Shown: piece after piece, positions 1 through 8,026 of the stretch | Layout: every line of letters starts with the position of its first letter | Numbering within the stretch: the stretch's first letter is position 1 | Virus record (IMG/VR): IMGVR_UViG_2751185961_000008 | DNA: 9,328 bases | DNA from: a virus | Lineage: Duplodnaviria > Heunggongvirae > Uroviricota > Caudoviricetes | Reading direction: 5' to 3' (one strand) | The notes under the pieces: model-generated | Database searches by the model: none | What the model was told of the DNA's origin: nothing | What the model saw: only the letters and a program-made list of their open reading frames with translations | Made by a program: the position numbers and the translations under genes

Positions 1-1
1 T

Positions 2-88
2 TGGGTCGTCATGTGGGATGGCTGGTTCAGACTTCAGGATATGGTTGAGGGTTACCTGGTGATGAAGTCTCTTGATCAGGAGATCTGA
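2..88 (+). CDS. agp: 3' end of upstream host gene, probably agp (periplasmic glucose-1-phosphatase); partial, continues beyond window start
   Basis: Frame-2 reading frame is open from the window edge to a TGA at 86-88 (...QDMVEGYLVMKSLDQEI*). It is convergent with yccJ, as in the agp-yccJ-wrbA arrangement recalled for E. coli K-12. Identity to Agp is inferred from synteny and was not verified residue by residue. Confidence 0.4.
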   Translation, partial: WVVMWDGWFRLQDMVEGYLVMKSLDQEI

Positions 89-122
89 TCAAGAGACAGG
101 CGTGAAGCGGGGGAGTCGCTGG

Positions 123-350
123 TTAAACGTTTTTACGTTCGATGGTCTGTTCGCCCCAAAAAAGCGAATCTTTATCGGTCTTAGCAAAGGCTTTGACTAA
201 CACTTCATCGCTACCTTCTTCCCAAATCTTTTCCGCCATTTTTTCGTCGTACCCGGCGACTTCGAAAATGGCCTCGGCTATTTCCGGCGACGTATTGCGC
301 AGAGATGCCCATTCACCGACGTGATGAGCTTTCGCTTCTTGAGTTGGCAT
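123..350 (-). CDS. yccJ: YccJ, small conserved enterobacterial protein of unknown function (75 aa)
   Basis: 75-aa ORF ([75 protein letters not shown]) matches my recollection of E. coli YccJ. AGGAGG Shine-Dalgarno about 7 nt upstream of the ATG. It sits 20 bp downstream of the wrbA stop, as in K-12. Confidence 0.85.
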
Positions 351-370
351 GCGTATCCTCCTGTTGAAGA

Positions 371-949
371 TTAGCCGTTAAGTTTAACTGCCAGACCTGC
401 GACATATTCCCCTTGATAACGAGCAATAGACAGTTCTTCCTGGCTGGGCTGGCGTGAACCGTCACCGCCTGCGATGGTGGTTGCGCCGTACGGCGTACCG
501 CCGCGAACCTGTGAAACGTCAAATAATTCCTGCGCTGCGTAGCCAATGGGGACAATCACCATGCCGTGATGCGCAAGGGTCGTCCAGGTGGATGTGATGG
601 TTTGTTCCTGACCGCCGCCAGTACCGGTGGAACTAAAGACGCTCGCCAGTTTTCCGTATAGTGCGCCGGAAGCCCACAGGCCGCCCGTCTGGTCGAGGAA
701 GGTACGCATTTGACCGGACATGTTACCAAAGCGGGTAGGTGTACCAAAAATAATGGCGTCGTAATCGGCCAGTTCTTGCGGGGTTGCAACCGGTGCAGTT
801 TGCGTTTTACCGCCTGCTTTTTCAAATAATTGCGGCGGCATGGTTTCCGGTACACGCTTAACGACAACTTCTGCGCCATCCACTTTGCTTGCACCCTCAG
901 CAACTGCGCGTGCCATCGTTTCAACATGTCTAAGGATATGCTTTATCAT
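371..949 (-). CDS. wrbA: wrbA (NAD(P)H:quinone oxidoreductase, flavodoxin-like), 5' end replaced by prophage DNA; hybrid ORF, probably non-functional
   Basis: From about residue 9 onward ([33 protein letters not shown]...[13 protein letters not shown]) the ORF matches WrbA. The first 8 codons (MIKHILRH) replace the native N-terminus MAKVLVLYYSMYGHI, so the first beta-strand and FMN phosphate-binding loop and the native promoter are missing. The hybrid ATG overlaps the integrase stop codon. Confidence 0.8.
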
Positions 950-950
950 T
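905..950. other. attL prophage-host junction (att core) within the 5' end of wrbA; approximate
   Basis: WrbA-matching sequence ends and phage-derived sequence begins in the interval around 915-930 (native ...GHIETMARAV versus observed ...[10 protein letters not shown]). The integrase 3' end directly abuts or overlaps this point. Exact core boundaries need attR or attB for comparison. Confidence 0.5.
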
Positions 951-2256
951 TTGAAAAATATAATTTTATTTCATCCTCCTGGTCACTTTGGGGCACGTCT
1001 GGGGCACGGGCATTAAGGACATTATTCAGCATAGCAACCTGAGTCACGCTGCACTCAGGCATCCATGCACCATAAACATTGTAGACCATGCTGGCGCTGG
1101 AGTGCCCCATCTGTGATGCAATAAATGTCGGGTTTGCTCCGGCAGATAAAGCCCAGCACGCATAAGTATGGCGTGACTGATATGCTTTCCGGGCTCTTAT
1201 ACCCGCTCTTTTCATTGCTGAGTCCCATGTTGCCCCGATGGAGCTTACCGCATAGTTAATACCCGCCTTGTGATTCTTGCGAACGATTTGCGGACAGAAA
1301 ACAAAAGTGCACTCGTGCAAAATTGTTCTTCCGTACTCGCGTAATTTAACGGTGATCTGATGCTGCCTGCCAAGACGAGTAAGCATCGCCTGGTTTTTAA
1401 GTGCTTCAATGGCTGGTGCCAGAAGATGTATAACCCGGTCGGTGCCAGCATCAGTCTTTGGTAGCGTAAAATCACCTATTTTTGTAAAATTTCTTCGCAC
1501 TGTTATCGTGCCAACTTTCAGGTCGATATCCTCCCATGCAAGTGCGGCAATTTCACCATGTCGCATCCCCGTAAAAACAGCCACTGTCCAGAGGTTTTTG
1601 GTCTGTTGATGATGACAGGCATCAATGAGGCGACCAAACTCCTCTCTGGTCAGTGGATCCGGCACAGGTTTTGATTTCCTCAGTGGTGTTATTGAATTAA
1701 ACGGGTTTTTCTCCAGATACCCGTTTTCAGCGGCAAAGCTGAACATCCCGGCAGTTGTTGTCATGTAATAGTTTACCGTGGGGACTGTTCTTCCTTTGTT
1801 GGTGGAAGTGTTTTTCCTGCTTTCCTTTTCCCCAGTCAGTAAATCTTTCCTGATGAACAGCAAATCCTCTTTTGTAATCGAGGATGCCAGTCTACCCACG
1901 CCAAGCCTCGGTAGCATATTTTTCATCACTGATTGATAACGATTTAAGGCGTTACTACTGATTTCCATTGCTTTCAGAGTAAGCCATTTCTGTGCCAGTT
2001 CACCGACGGTGATATCTTTTTTTACCAGGCCAAATAGCTTCAGGTTAGGTGAGTCAGGGAATCGCTCGGCATAATCAAACGTTCCTGTTCTGATTGCAAA
2101 GCAGACCGAAGCCCTTAACTCACCAGCGATCTTTCTGTTTTTCGGTGTATCGGGCACGCGAAGATTTTCGCGCACTCGTTTACCCCTGTACTTAAACGTT
2201 ATTCGGAGTTTTCCTCCGTGATTTTCAACGCCGGCTGGATAGGCTGAATTCGCCAT
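946..2256 (-). CDS. int: phage integrase, tyrosine recombinase family (436 aa from the ATG at 2256; ORF-track alternative GTG start at 2280)
   Basis: Long ORF adjacent to the att junction. C-terminal catalytic region shows the tyrosine-recombinase pattern ([15 protein letters not shown] ... [35 protein letters not shown]). AGGAGG sits 4 nt upstream of the ATG at 2256, so this start is preferred over the upstream GTG. Confidence 0.9.
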   Translation of the reverse strand: MANSAYPAGVENHGGKLRITFKYRGKRVRENLRVPDTPKNRKIAGELRASVCFAIRTGTFDYAERFPDSPNLKLFGLVKKDITVGELAQKWLTLKAMEISSNALNRYQSVMKNMLPRLGVGRLASSITKEDLLFIRKDLLTGEKESRKNTSTNKGRTVPTVNYYMTTTAGMFSFAAENGYLEKNPFNSITPLRKSKPVPDPLTREEFGRLIDACHHQQTKNLWTVAVFTGMRHGEIAALAWEDIDLKVGTITVRRNFTKIGDFTLPKTDAGTDRVIHLLAPAIEALKNQAMLTRLGRQHQITVKLREYGRTILHECTFVFCPQIVRKNHKAGINYAVSSIGATWDSAMKRAGIRARKAYQSRHTYACWALSAGANPTFIASQMGHSSASMVYNVYGAWMPECSVTQVAMLNNVLNARAPDVPQSDQEDEIKLYFSK

Positions 2257-2308
2257 TGTTCCTCCTGCGTCCAAGAGCACGCTCAGGTTATACTCTTATG
2301 GACAAGAA

Positions 2309-2593
2309 TTAAACATCCTGAGATGGTAAGGGTTGGTTTTTAATCCAGGTGTTGATGGTAGGAAGATGATAGAGACATTCGCTGTTTTTCTTTGGCGTTC
2401 CGTCGGGGGCGATTTGTTTATATTCTCTGCCGTTCATCCACGCAGCGTCCCTGGCGCGTAATATGGTTCCTTTTCTCAGGCCTGTTACAGCTATTAAAAG
2501 CTCCAGTGTTACCCATTCATTCGCATTTATCTGTACAACAGGTGTGATGACTGGTTGAATGCCATGGCTATGTTGGTTTACGAACTCGCGCAT
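2309..2593 (-). CDS. xis: excisionase-like protein (94 aa), putative Xis
   Basis: Small ORF immediately upstream of int on the same strand, with a GGAGG Shine-Dalgarno 6 nt before the ATG. The motif EWVTLELLIAVTGLRKGTILRARDAAWMNGREY resembles the excisionase-like family found next to prophage integrases. Family assignment is from memory, not a search. Confidence 0.6.
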   Translation of the reverse strand: MREFVNQHSHGIQPVITPVVQINANEWVTLELLIAVTGLRKGTILRARDAAWMNGREYKQIAPDGTPKKNSECLYHLPTINTWIKNQPLPSQDV

Positions 2594-2612
2594 AAGTTAC
2601 CTCCGCATATGT

Positions 2613-2637
2613 AAGAAAAAACCGCCCGAAGGCGGTT
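2613..2637 (-). terminator. rho-independent terminator for leftward transcription (UUCG tetraloop hairpin plus U-tract)
   Basis: Minus-strand RNA reads AACCGCC-UUCG-GGCGGUU followed by UUUUCUU. It lies directly after the stop of ORF 2639..2899 and before xis. The plus strand has an A-run before the hairpin and no T-run after it, so it is unidirectional. Confidence 0.65.
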
Positions 2638-2638
2638 G

Positions 2639-2899
2639 TCAGTTGATTGATGTGCGGCGCATTTTTCGAAGGCTGGCAATATGCTTTTCCTTCTCAATTT
2701 CCGCTTTAATCATATGTAGTTCGTTGTGATCGATTCGCTCAAATTCTGCATTAAATGAGTTAATTGATGCGGCTCTGGTTCTCCCATCCAGCCTTCGGAA
2801 GATCACCTGTGTCAGCGTTACCTTGCAGACTTGAACCGGATAGTTGTTGGCGTCGACGAAGGACTGCCCGCGCTGGATCAGAACGAACACAGGTAGCAT
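2639..2899 (-). CDS. hypothetical small protein downstream of exo (86 aa; possibly shorter from the GTG at 2890)
   Basis: ORF in the same orientation as the Red genes, 38 bp after the exo stop and ending 2 bp before the terminator hairpin. The SD-like AAGGA is adjacent to the ATG, which is suboptimal spacing; the GTG three codons downstream has better spacing. No recognisable domain. Confidence 0.45.
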   Translation of the reverse strand: MLPVFVLIQRGQSFVDANNYPVQVCKVTLTQVIFRRLDGRTRAASINSFNAEFERIDHNELHMIKAEIEKEKHIASLRKMRRTSIN

Positions 2900-2937
2900 T
2901 CCTTAACTGTCATATCATTTGCACCTCGTTGCTACGG

Positions 2938-3618
2938 CTATCGCCATTGCTCCCCAAATACAAAACCAATTTCAGCCAGTGCCTCGTCCATTTTTTCGAT
3001 GAACTCCGGTACCATTTCGTCAAAAACCTCCATGTATTTTTCATCCCGTTCGACCACGACATAATGCAGGCCTTCACGCTTCATACGCGGGTCATAGTTG
3101 GCAAAGTACCAGGCATCTTTTCGCGTCACCCACATGCTGTACTGCACCTGGGCCATGTAAGCCGACTTTATGGCCTCGAAACCACCGAGCCGGAATTTCA
3201 TGAAATCCCGGGAGGTAAACGGGCATTTCAGTTCAAGGCCGTTGCCGTCACTGCATAAACCATCGGGAGAGCAGGCGGTGCGCATACTTTCGTCGCGATA
3301 GATGATCGGGGATTCAGTAACATTCACGCCGGAAGTGAACTCAAAGAGGGCTCTGGCGTCGTTCTCGTACTGTTTTCCCCAGGCCAGCGCTTTAGCGTTA
3401 ACTTCCGGAGCCACACCGGTGCAAACCTCAGCCAGCAGGGTGTGGAAGTAGGACATTTTCATGTCAGGCCATTTCTTTCCTGAGCGGGGTTTTGCTATCA
3501 CGTTGTGAACTTCTGAAGCGGTGATGACGCCGAGCCGTAATTTGTGCCACGCATCATCCCCCTGTTCGACAGCTCTCACGTCGATCCCTGTACGTTGCAG
3601 GATAATGTCCGGTGTCAT
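2938..3618 (-). CDS. exo: lambda-type Red exonuclease (Exo / Red-alpha), 226 aa
   Basis: Protein [65 protein letters not shown]...FVFGEQWR is near-identical over its full length to my recollection of phage lambda Exo. The start overlaps the bet stop (ATGA), as in lambda. Confidence 0.95.
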   Translation of the reverse strand: MTPDIILQRTGIDVRAVEQGDDAWHKLRLGVITASEVHNVIAKPRSGKKWPDMKMSYFHTLLAEVCTGVAPEVNAKALAWGKQYENDARALFEFTSGVNVTESPIIYRDESMRTACSPDGLCSDGNGLELKCPFTSRDFMKFRLGGFEAIKSAYMAQVQYSMWVTRKDAWYFANYDPRMKREGLHYVVVERDEKYMEVFDEMVPEFIEKMDEALAEIGFVFGEQWR

Positions 3619-4400
3619 GCTGCTACCTTCTGCTCTGTGACTTTCTGTTTCAGGAATCCAAGAACCTTCACAGCTTCAGCCTGTGTTAGTTCTGAAGATG
3701 TGTAAATGTTGCGGCGAAAAATCCGGGAACAGAGCGGCAACAGGTCGTCATCCCACGTTTTTTCCATGGAAGTAAGAAGGGCGTTAATTTCCGACATGGT
3801 TTCTTCGTTAACCGGGGTGATGTCGCGTTCCGGCTGACGTTCTGTAGTATATGCAGTATTTTCGACAATACGCTCGGCTTCATCCTTGTCATAGATGCCA
3901 GCAAATCCGAAGGCCAGGCGAGCACACTGAATCATGGCTTTGTGCCGTAACATCCGTTTGGGATGCGACTGCCACGGTCCGGTGATTTCTCTGCCTTCGC
4001 GGGTTTTGAATGGTGCGCGGCGACATTCATCCATCCACTCGGTAACGCAGATCGGGTGATTGCGATCTTTGCGGTAAATCCGGCATGTACAGGACTCATT
4101 GTCCTGCTCAAAGTCCATGCCATCAAACTGCTGGTTTTCATTGATAATGCGGGACCAGCCATCAACGCCAACCACCGGAACGATGCCGTTCTGCTTGTCA
4201 GGGAAGGCGTAAATTTCTTTCGTCCAGGGATTAAGGCCGTACTGGTTGGCGACGATCAACAATGCGATAAATTGCGCATCGCTGGCATCACCTTTAAATG
4301 CCGTCTGGCGAAGAGTGGTGATTAGTTCCTGTGGGTCGACAGAATCCATGCCGACACGTTCAGCCAGCTTCCCTGCCAGCGTTGCGAGTGCTGTACTCAT
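3615..4400 (-). CDS. bet: lambda-type Red single-strand annealing protein (Bet / Red-beta), 261 aa
   Basis: Protein [100 protein letters not shown]... matches lambda Bet in length and sequence. Gene order gam-bet-exo is conserved. Confidence 0.95.
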   Translation of the reverse strand: MSTALATLAGKLAERVGMDSVDPQELITTLRQTAFKGDASDAQFIALLIVANQYGLNPWTKEIYAFPDKQNGIVPVVGVDGWSRIINENQQFDGMDFEQDNESCTCRIYRKDRNHPICVTEWMDECRRAPFKTREGREITGPWQSHPKRMLRHKAMIQCARLAFGFAGIYDKDEAERIVENTAYTTERQPERDITPVNEETMSEINALLTSMEKTWDDDLLPLCSRIFRRNIYTSSELTQAEAVKVLGFLKQKVTEQKVAA

Positions 4401-4405
4401 CCGTT

Positions 4406-4702
4406 TTATACCTCTGAATCAATATTAATTTGGTGACGGGCGATGGTTTCAGCCATGTAGCGGATGTGTTCTGCCATGCGTTCCTGAAAATCGACATCGT
4501 CATCAAATGCACGGGAAATAGCTTTTTTGCTGGCCCCGTGACGTTGCAGATTATCGATGCATAGCGATTCAAACAGGTGTTGGGGCAGACCTTTTTCCAG
4601 GTCGTCTGCCAGCTCAGCTTCAGTTTCTTCACGGGCAATTTGCTGGTAGTGTCGTGCCCATGACTGCTCTTCAATGCGATCGGGGATAAGCCAGGCATTC
4701 AT
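4406..4702 (-). CDS. gam: Gam, RecBCD inhibitor, short (GamS-length, 98 aa) form
   Basis: Protein [98 protein letters not shown] matches the C-terminal 98 residues of lambda Gam. The start codon overlaps the stop of the upstream 690-aa gene. No in-frame N-terminal extension equivalent to the 138-aa GamL is available. Confidence 0.9.
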   Translation of the reverse strand: MNAWLIPDRIEEQSWARHYQQIAREETEAELADDLEKGLPQHLFESLCIDNLQRHGASKKAISRAFDDDVDFQERMAEHIRYMAETIARHQINIDSEV

Positions 4703-6771
4703 GATTTATCACCTCCGAAATTTTCAAGCCTGTTGGCAATCATGATGGCGATATCAGGGATTGCTGGCGCTGTGGCTATACATGCGGGGTTGGCGCACAA
4801 ACCATAGACGGCGGCAATCACGAGCTGTCTTTTCCAGTCGAGAGTTACTGGCTCAGAATTGGCGTCATCGCCGGACGTATCACTGCCTGGCTCGTTCTGA
4901 ACAACGGTTTCGCCCTCCTGAGCGGCATCAACAGAGTTTTCCTGAATGATCTTCTCCTCAGTTTGTGCTGAGTCTTCTCCATCAGCGGCGTCATTTTCTC
5001 CAAAAGTTTCTGTGTAAGTGCTATCGCCCATTACCGCACTACAGTCAGGGCAGTTACCCCCGCCAGTCTGACCACAGACGCGGCAGTTTTTTTCCAGCTC
5101 CGGTTGCGCTACTGGCCCTGGCTGTTGCTCTTCTGGCCCGTTTTGTTGCGTATCCGGGCTGTTTTGTCCCGCTTCTGGGGCAATTTGTTCCACTTTGGAC
5201 TGATTCTGGTCCTCAGTGTCGCGAGTCTGGATCCCCTTCACCCACTTCGGATCAGCAGGGTTACTGATGCCTTCAACGAATTCTCCACGCGAGGCAGCCA
5301 GTAATTTGTCGGCATCGACTGGATTTTTTGGGGGGATGTTTTCCCTGGCTTTATTGAGTTCCTCCCTCAGTTCCTGGTATTTCGTTTCTACAGATGAGAC
5401 ATTTTCCAGTGATTGCGTGTCCTCATTATGTTTAACTGGAATTTCTTCCACTGATTCAGGCGCTGCCTGTTCATTAGCCATTGTGTCCGATGCTTGTTGC
5501 TTTTCTTCATCGCCATGTTTTCCTTCTGCTGTTCCGCGCTGCGGCATCGGTGCTGATGAGCGACCGCAGGCAATTTCCACGATTTCCGGATCCGGGTTAG
5601 CGTGATCGGTTTCGGTCAACACTTTGTTGAGATATTCAGTCACGCGTGCCGGGATGGCCTCAATGCCGATTGGTGCATCTTTCACGGAAGCCACCACAAT
5701 GGCGCGGGAATAATCCAGCCCACCGGGCATGGCGATAAATTTGTCGCGAAAAACAGAAAAGGGCGGCTTATTCTCTGACACGATTTCTTCAACGCGTTTT
5801 GCGTGTGCTGGGTGCAGGTTATAAATATCCACATCCATTGAACGGGCCAGAACGCCGGTGGCTACATCTCGTGCGAGTGATGTCTTATCATGTTTGAATC
5901 CTTCACCACGATCGGTAATATTTCCGCCGCCAGCGTTAGCACCGGAAGGCGTACGGGTAATGCCTGAAACATAATTTCCGTTCTGCCATTCTTTTGTCAG
6001 CAGGCCCTGATCAAGGTAGTCAGTTTTCATCCAGGTGGAAATGAACTTGTCGAATTCAGCCGGGCTGATGCGATGATTTGCAGAGTGGGGGAATGCTTTC
6101 CCTACAGATTCAGTCAGGCGACTAAGGTGATAGTTCGTCAGTTTATCCAGTTCATGATGCGCGGCGCGCACAGCAGTAAGCAGGCTCTGAAGGTAACTGT
6201 CCTCTGTGTCCATCTCCATACGGATCACGTTATTGCGTTGTTCTGGTGTGGCATGATGCCGGTATTTTCCATCTTCATCTTTGCTGAATAAGAAGAGGTG
6301 AAGGAAGCGATGAGTAAGGCTCAGAGTGGCGACGGGAATTTCACACTCAGAACAGTCATCGTCGCTGTCCGGGGATTCGCTTTTCTCCACATCATCCGGA
6401 ATAGTTCCGTCCAGGTTATCGTTGTCATCGCCAGCAGTTGTGGCATCTTCACCGTTGATGTTGTCATCGAAGGGGATAGCCATCATGGTGATGCCATCGT
6501 TACCGCCTTTTTCATAGCGGTTGCAGAATTCAGTATCAAACACGCCTTCCGGTGGAAGGTCATTCACGACGGGGAAATTTACGCGAACGGGTTTTTTGAA
6601 ATCATCCTCGTCGTAGCCTGCATCGTCCATGGCTGCAATGCAGCGGGAAACTGCGACAGAAAGTTTTCTGGCCTCGGTCCAGAAAAAACCGCCTTTGATG
6701 CCAAGGCGTTTTCTGACTTTATCGTTTTTTGCTTCGCAGTGTAGTGCAAAAGTCTGTTTATCAGCGCTCAT
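4699..6771 (-). CDS. large (690 aa) highly acidic hypothetical protein with a CxxC-x(n)-CxxC zinc-ribbon-like motif; function unknown
   Basis: Uninterrupted 2073-nt ORF in pL-operon orientation, translationally coupled to gam. It contains long Asp/Glu-rich low-complexity stretches (for example [43 protein letters not shown]; [49 protein letters not shown]) and the motif [16 protein letters not shown]. All plus-strand ORFs inside it are in alternate frames. Confidence 0.8.
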   Translation of the reverse strand: MSADKQTFALHCEAKNDKVRKRLGIKGGFFWTEARKLSVAVSRCIAAMDDAGYDEDDFKKPVRVNFPVVNDLPPEGVFDTEFCNRYEKGGNDGITMMAIPFDDNINGEDATTAGDDNDNLDGTIPDDVEKSESPDSDDDCSECEIPVATLSLTHRFLHLFLFSKDEDGKYRHHATPEQRNNVIRMEMDTEDSYLQSLLTAVRAAHHELDKLTNYHLSRLTESVGKAFPHSANHRISPAEFDKFISTWMKTDYLDQGLLTKEWQNGNYVSGITRTPSGANAGGGNITDRGEGFKHDKTSLARDVATGVLARSMDVDIYNLHPAHAKRVEEIVSENKPPFSVFRDKFIAMPGGLDYSRAIVVASVKDAPIGIEAIPARVTEYLNKVLTETDHANPDPEIVEIACGRSSAPMPQRGTAEGKHGDEEKQQASDTMANEQAAPESVEEIPVKHNEDTQSLENVSSVETKYQELREELNKARENIPPKNPVDADKLLAASRGEFVEGISNPADPKWVKGIQTRDTEDQNQSKVEQIAPEAGQNSPDTQQNGPEEQQPGPVAQPELEKNCRVCGQTGGGNCPDCSAVMGDSTYTETFGENDAADGEDSAQTEEKIIQENSVDAAQEGETVVQNEPGSDTSGDDANSEPVTLDWKRQLVIAAVYGLCANPACIATAPAIPDIAIMIANRLENFGGDKS

Positions 6772-6844
6772 TGTATTTAAACCTCTGGCTGGATTAGAAT
6801 TAGCGGCCCTTTGTCTGATTTCTCCGAATACGGTGACGCAGGGA

Positions 6845-6873
6845 GAAATCCGGTAGCCTGCGCTGCCGGATTT
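6845..6873 (-). terminator. possible hairpin terminator or RNA processing element between ORF 6879..7265 and the 690-aa gene; weak
   Basis: Inverted repeat AAATCCGG / CCGGATTT with a 12-nt loop, just downstream (leftward) of the stop of ORF 6879..7265. The flanking U-tract is better on the plus strand than on the minus strand, so function and direction are uncertain. Confidence 0.3.
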
Positions 6874-6878
6874 TTATT

Positions 6879-7265
6879 TCAGTGGAAGGTTGCCTGGTTT
6901 GCTGTTTTGTGAGTTGTTTTTCCCTTTTCGTGCTGGCATTCAGGGCAGTCGCACTCAGAATTTTCTCTTGCAAACTCAAGAGCCTGTGCAAGTGTATGGA
7001 TTTGTTGTACTCCAATGTTGCTTCTGACAACTTCACGTGCAGCATGAATATATGGGCTTGGTGTTTTGCCATTTAACCCACATAAAACAAAACGACTGTC
7101 CTTATATTCGTTATTTCCAACTTCTGTAAGCACTGAAAAAGAAAATACAAAGTCGATTTTGTATTCTTTGCATATTTTACTGATGCGTTCTGCAATTTCT
7201 TTGAGTTCATTTATTGCATCAGGACTGGTTTCGGAAAATATTTCATTTTGCGCAAGTTCTTTCAT
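6879..7265 (-). CDS. hypothetical protein (128 aa) with C-terminal Cys cluster (CDCPEC); AT-rich accessory gene
   Basis: ORF in strongly AT-rich DNA, MKELAQNEIFSETSPDAINELKEIAERISKICKEYKIDFVFSFSVLTEVGNNEYKDSRFVLCGLNGKTPSPYIHAAREVV...ENSECDCPECQHEKGKTTHKTANQATFH. No confident homology recalled. Weak SD (GGAAA about 9 nt upstream). Confidence 0.5.
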   Translation of the reverse strand: MKELAQNEIFSETSPDAINELKEIAERISKICKEYKIDFVFSFSVLTEVGNNEYKDSRFVLCGLNGKTPSPYIHAAREVVRSNIGVQQIHTLAQALEFARENSECDCPECQHEKGKTTHKTANQATFH

Positions 7266-7348
7266 TTTGATTTTTCCGTGATTGATAATTAATGCGGTTT
7301 TATTTCGGCTTGTCTGTTACAGATATGGAAGGTGTATTTTATTACTCG

Positions 7349-7570
7349 TCACAACGACGCTGCTTTTACGGGTAAGCCATCGCGCCCGATGAAAACTTTA
7401 ATCATGCAGTCGGTAATGCATGTTTTTGTTGTGAAGTTACGAATATAGAGTTTTCTCTTTTCAATATTGTTTGCTGAAGCGATATATGTCCGACCTTCAT
7501 GAAGAACATAATCGCCAGGCGTCACGCACTGACGTGGTATTTCATCAGTTCCGAAGTGATGAGCAATCAT
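7349..7570 (-). CDS. hypothetical small protein (73 aa from the ATG at 7570; ORF-track GTG start at 7588)
   Basis: [76 protein letters not shown], with GGAG 6 nt upstream of the ATG at 7570. The upstream GTG and ATG lack an SD. Function unknown. Confidence 0.45.
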   Translation of the reverse strand: MIAHHFGTDEIPRQCVTPGDYVLHEGRTYIASANNIEKRKLYIRNFTTKTCITDCMIKVFIGRDGLPVKAASL

Positions 7571-7744
7571 AATTATCTCCATTTTCACAAATGAACTTTG
7601 TTGATGCGGTGCCTGGTGCCTCCAGGTGACGTTAACCAGTTAACAACTAACGCCGGGTCAGGGGACGATGACTTTCCGTGACATCCTGTCGGTTTAACTG
7701 TTCCGCGTGCGCATAGCCGCATTCACCGCATCACAAAATTCACT

Positions 7745-7787
7745 TTAAAAAGGGCGGACATCAGCAATCGGCAAACCGATGTCCGCC
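7745..7787 (-). terminator. rho-independent terminator for leftward transcription inside the 440-bp non-coding spacer
   Basis: Perfect 10-bp inverted repeat GGCGGACATC ... GATGTCCGCC with a 15-nt loop. On the minus strand it is followed by CUUUUUAAAG; on the plus strand there is no T-tract after the stem. Confidence 0.55.
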
Positions 7788-8026
7788 AAGGGCTACACAC
7801 AGCAATGTTGTTATTCACAACCGGAAGCGCACGGTCGAAGAAATCTAACGACAAGCCTTCAATGGGAAAGAGTCTTCGCCGTGCACTTTCGTGTTGTACC
7901 CTGGCTTTCAGGGTAATGTCTGTTCAGTAAACTGAGAGTGCCGGAACTTACCCGTGTCCGGCGCACGATCTCCACCTCACCCGTGGAGAACTCCTCAACT
8001 ACAAACCCCGTAAGGAGAGTGAATTT

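Noticed and set aside
313-927. ORFs 313..555 (80 aa) and 556..927 (123 aa) on the minus strand, and 830..1042 on the plus strand, overlapping wrbA or the att junction
   Set aside because: They are alternate-frame or antisense to the WrbA-matching frame (371..949). Their products are Arg/Pro-rich with no recognisable similarity, the usual signature of out-of-frame translation of a GC-balanced gene.
1245-1609. ORFs 1245..1475 (-) and 1409..1609 (+) inside the integrase gene
   Set aside because: Embedded in or antisense to the integrase frame, which carries the recombinase catalytic motifs; no RBS support.
2764-4428. Plus-strand ORFs 2764..3258, 3963..4325, 4246..4428 and minus-strand 3686..3925, 3932..4171 overlapping exo and bet
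   Set aside because: The exo and bet frames match lambda Exo and Bet over their full length; these overlapping ORFs are antisense or alternate-frame artefacts.
4360-4698. 112-aa minus-strand ORF 4360..4698 overlapping gam in another frame
   Set aside because: The 4406..4702 frame encodes a protein matching lambda Gam; the competing frame has no similarity and runs into bet.
4761-6856. Numerous plus-strand ORFs (4761..4949, 4965..5267, 5104..5304, 5216..5605, 6073..6291, 6298..6744, 6326..6517, 6629..6856) and minus-strand 5388..5573 within the 690-aa gene
   Set aside because: All are antisense or alternate-frame to a single uninterrupted 2073-nt ORF. Their compositions (Ser/Leu/Pro-rich or hydrophobic runs) mirror the acidic codons of the sense frame, so they are treated as artefacts.
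6800-7281. ORFs 6800..7072 (-), 6882..7076 (+) and 7066..7281 (+) overlapping ORF 6879..7265
   Set aside because: They overlap the longer 128-aa frame that has a start codon and RBS-like sequence. In AT-rich DNA, multiple overlapping open frames are expected by chance.
7806-7931. 41-aa plus-strand ORF in the non-coding spacer, and 9-12 aa mini-ORFs at about 7591 and 7667, considered as leader peptides
   Set aside because: No SD for the 41-aa ORF, no conservation evidence, and the sizes are consistent with chance in a 440-bp spacer.
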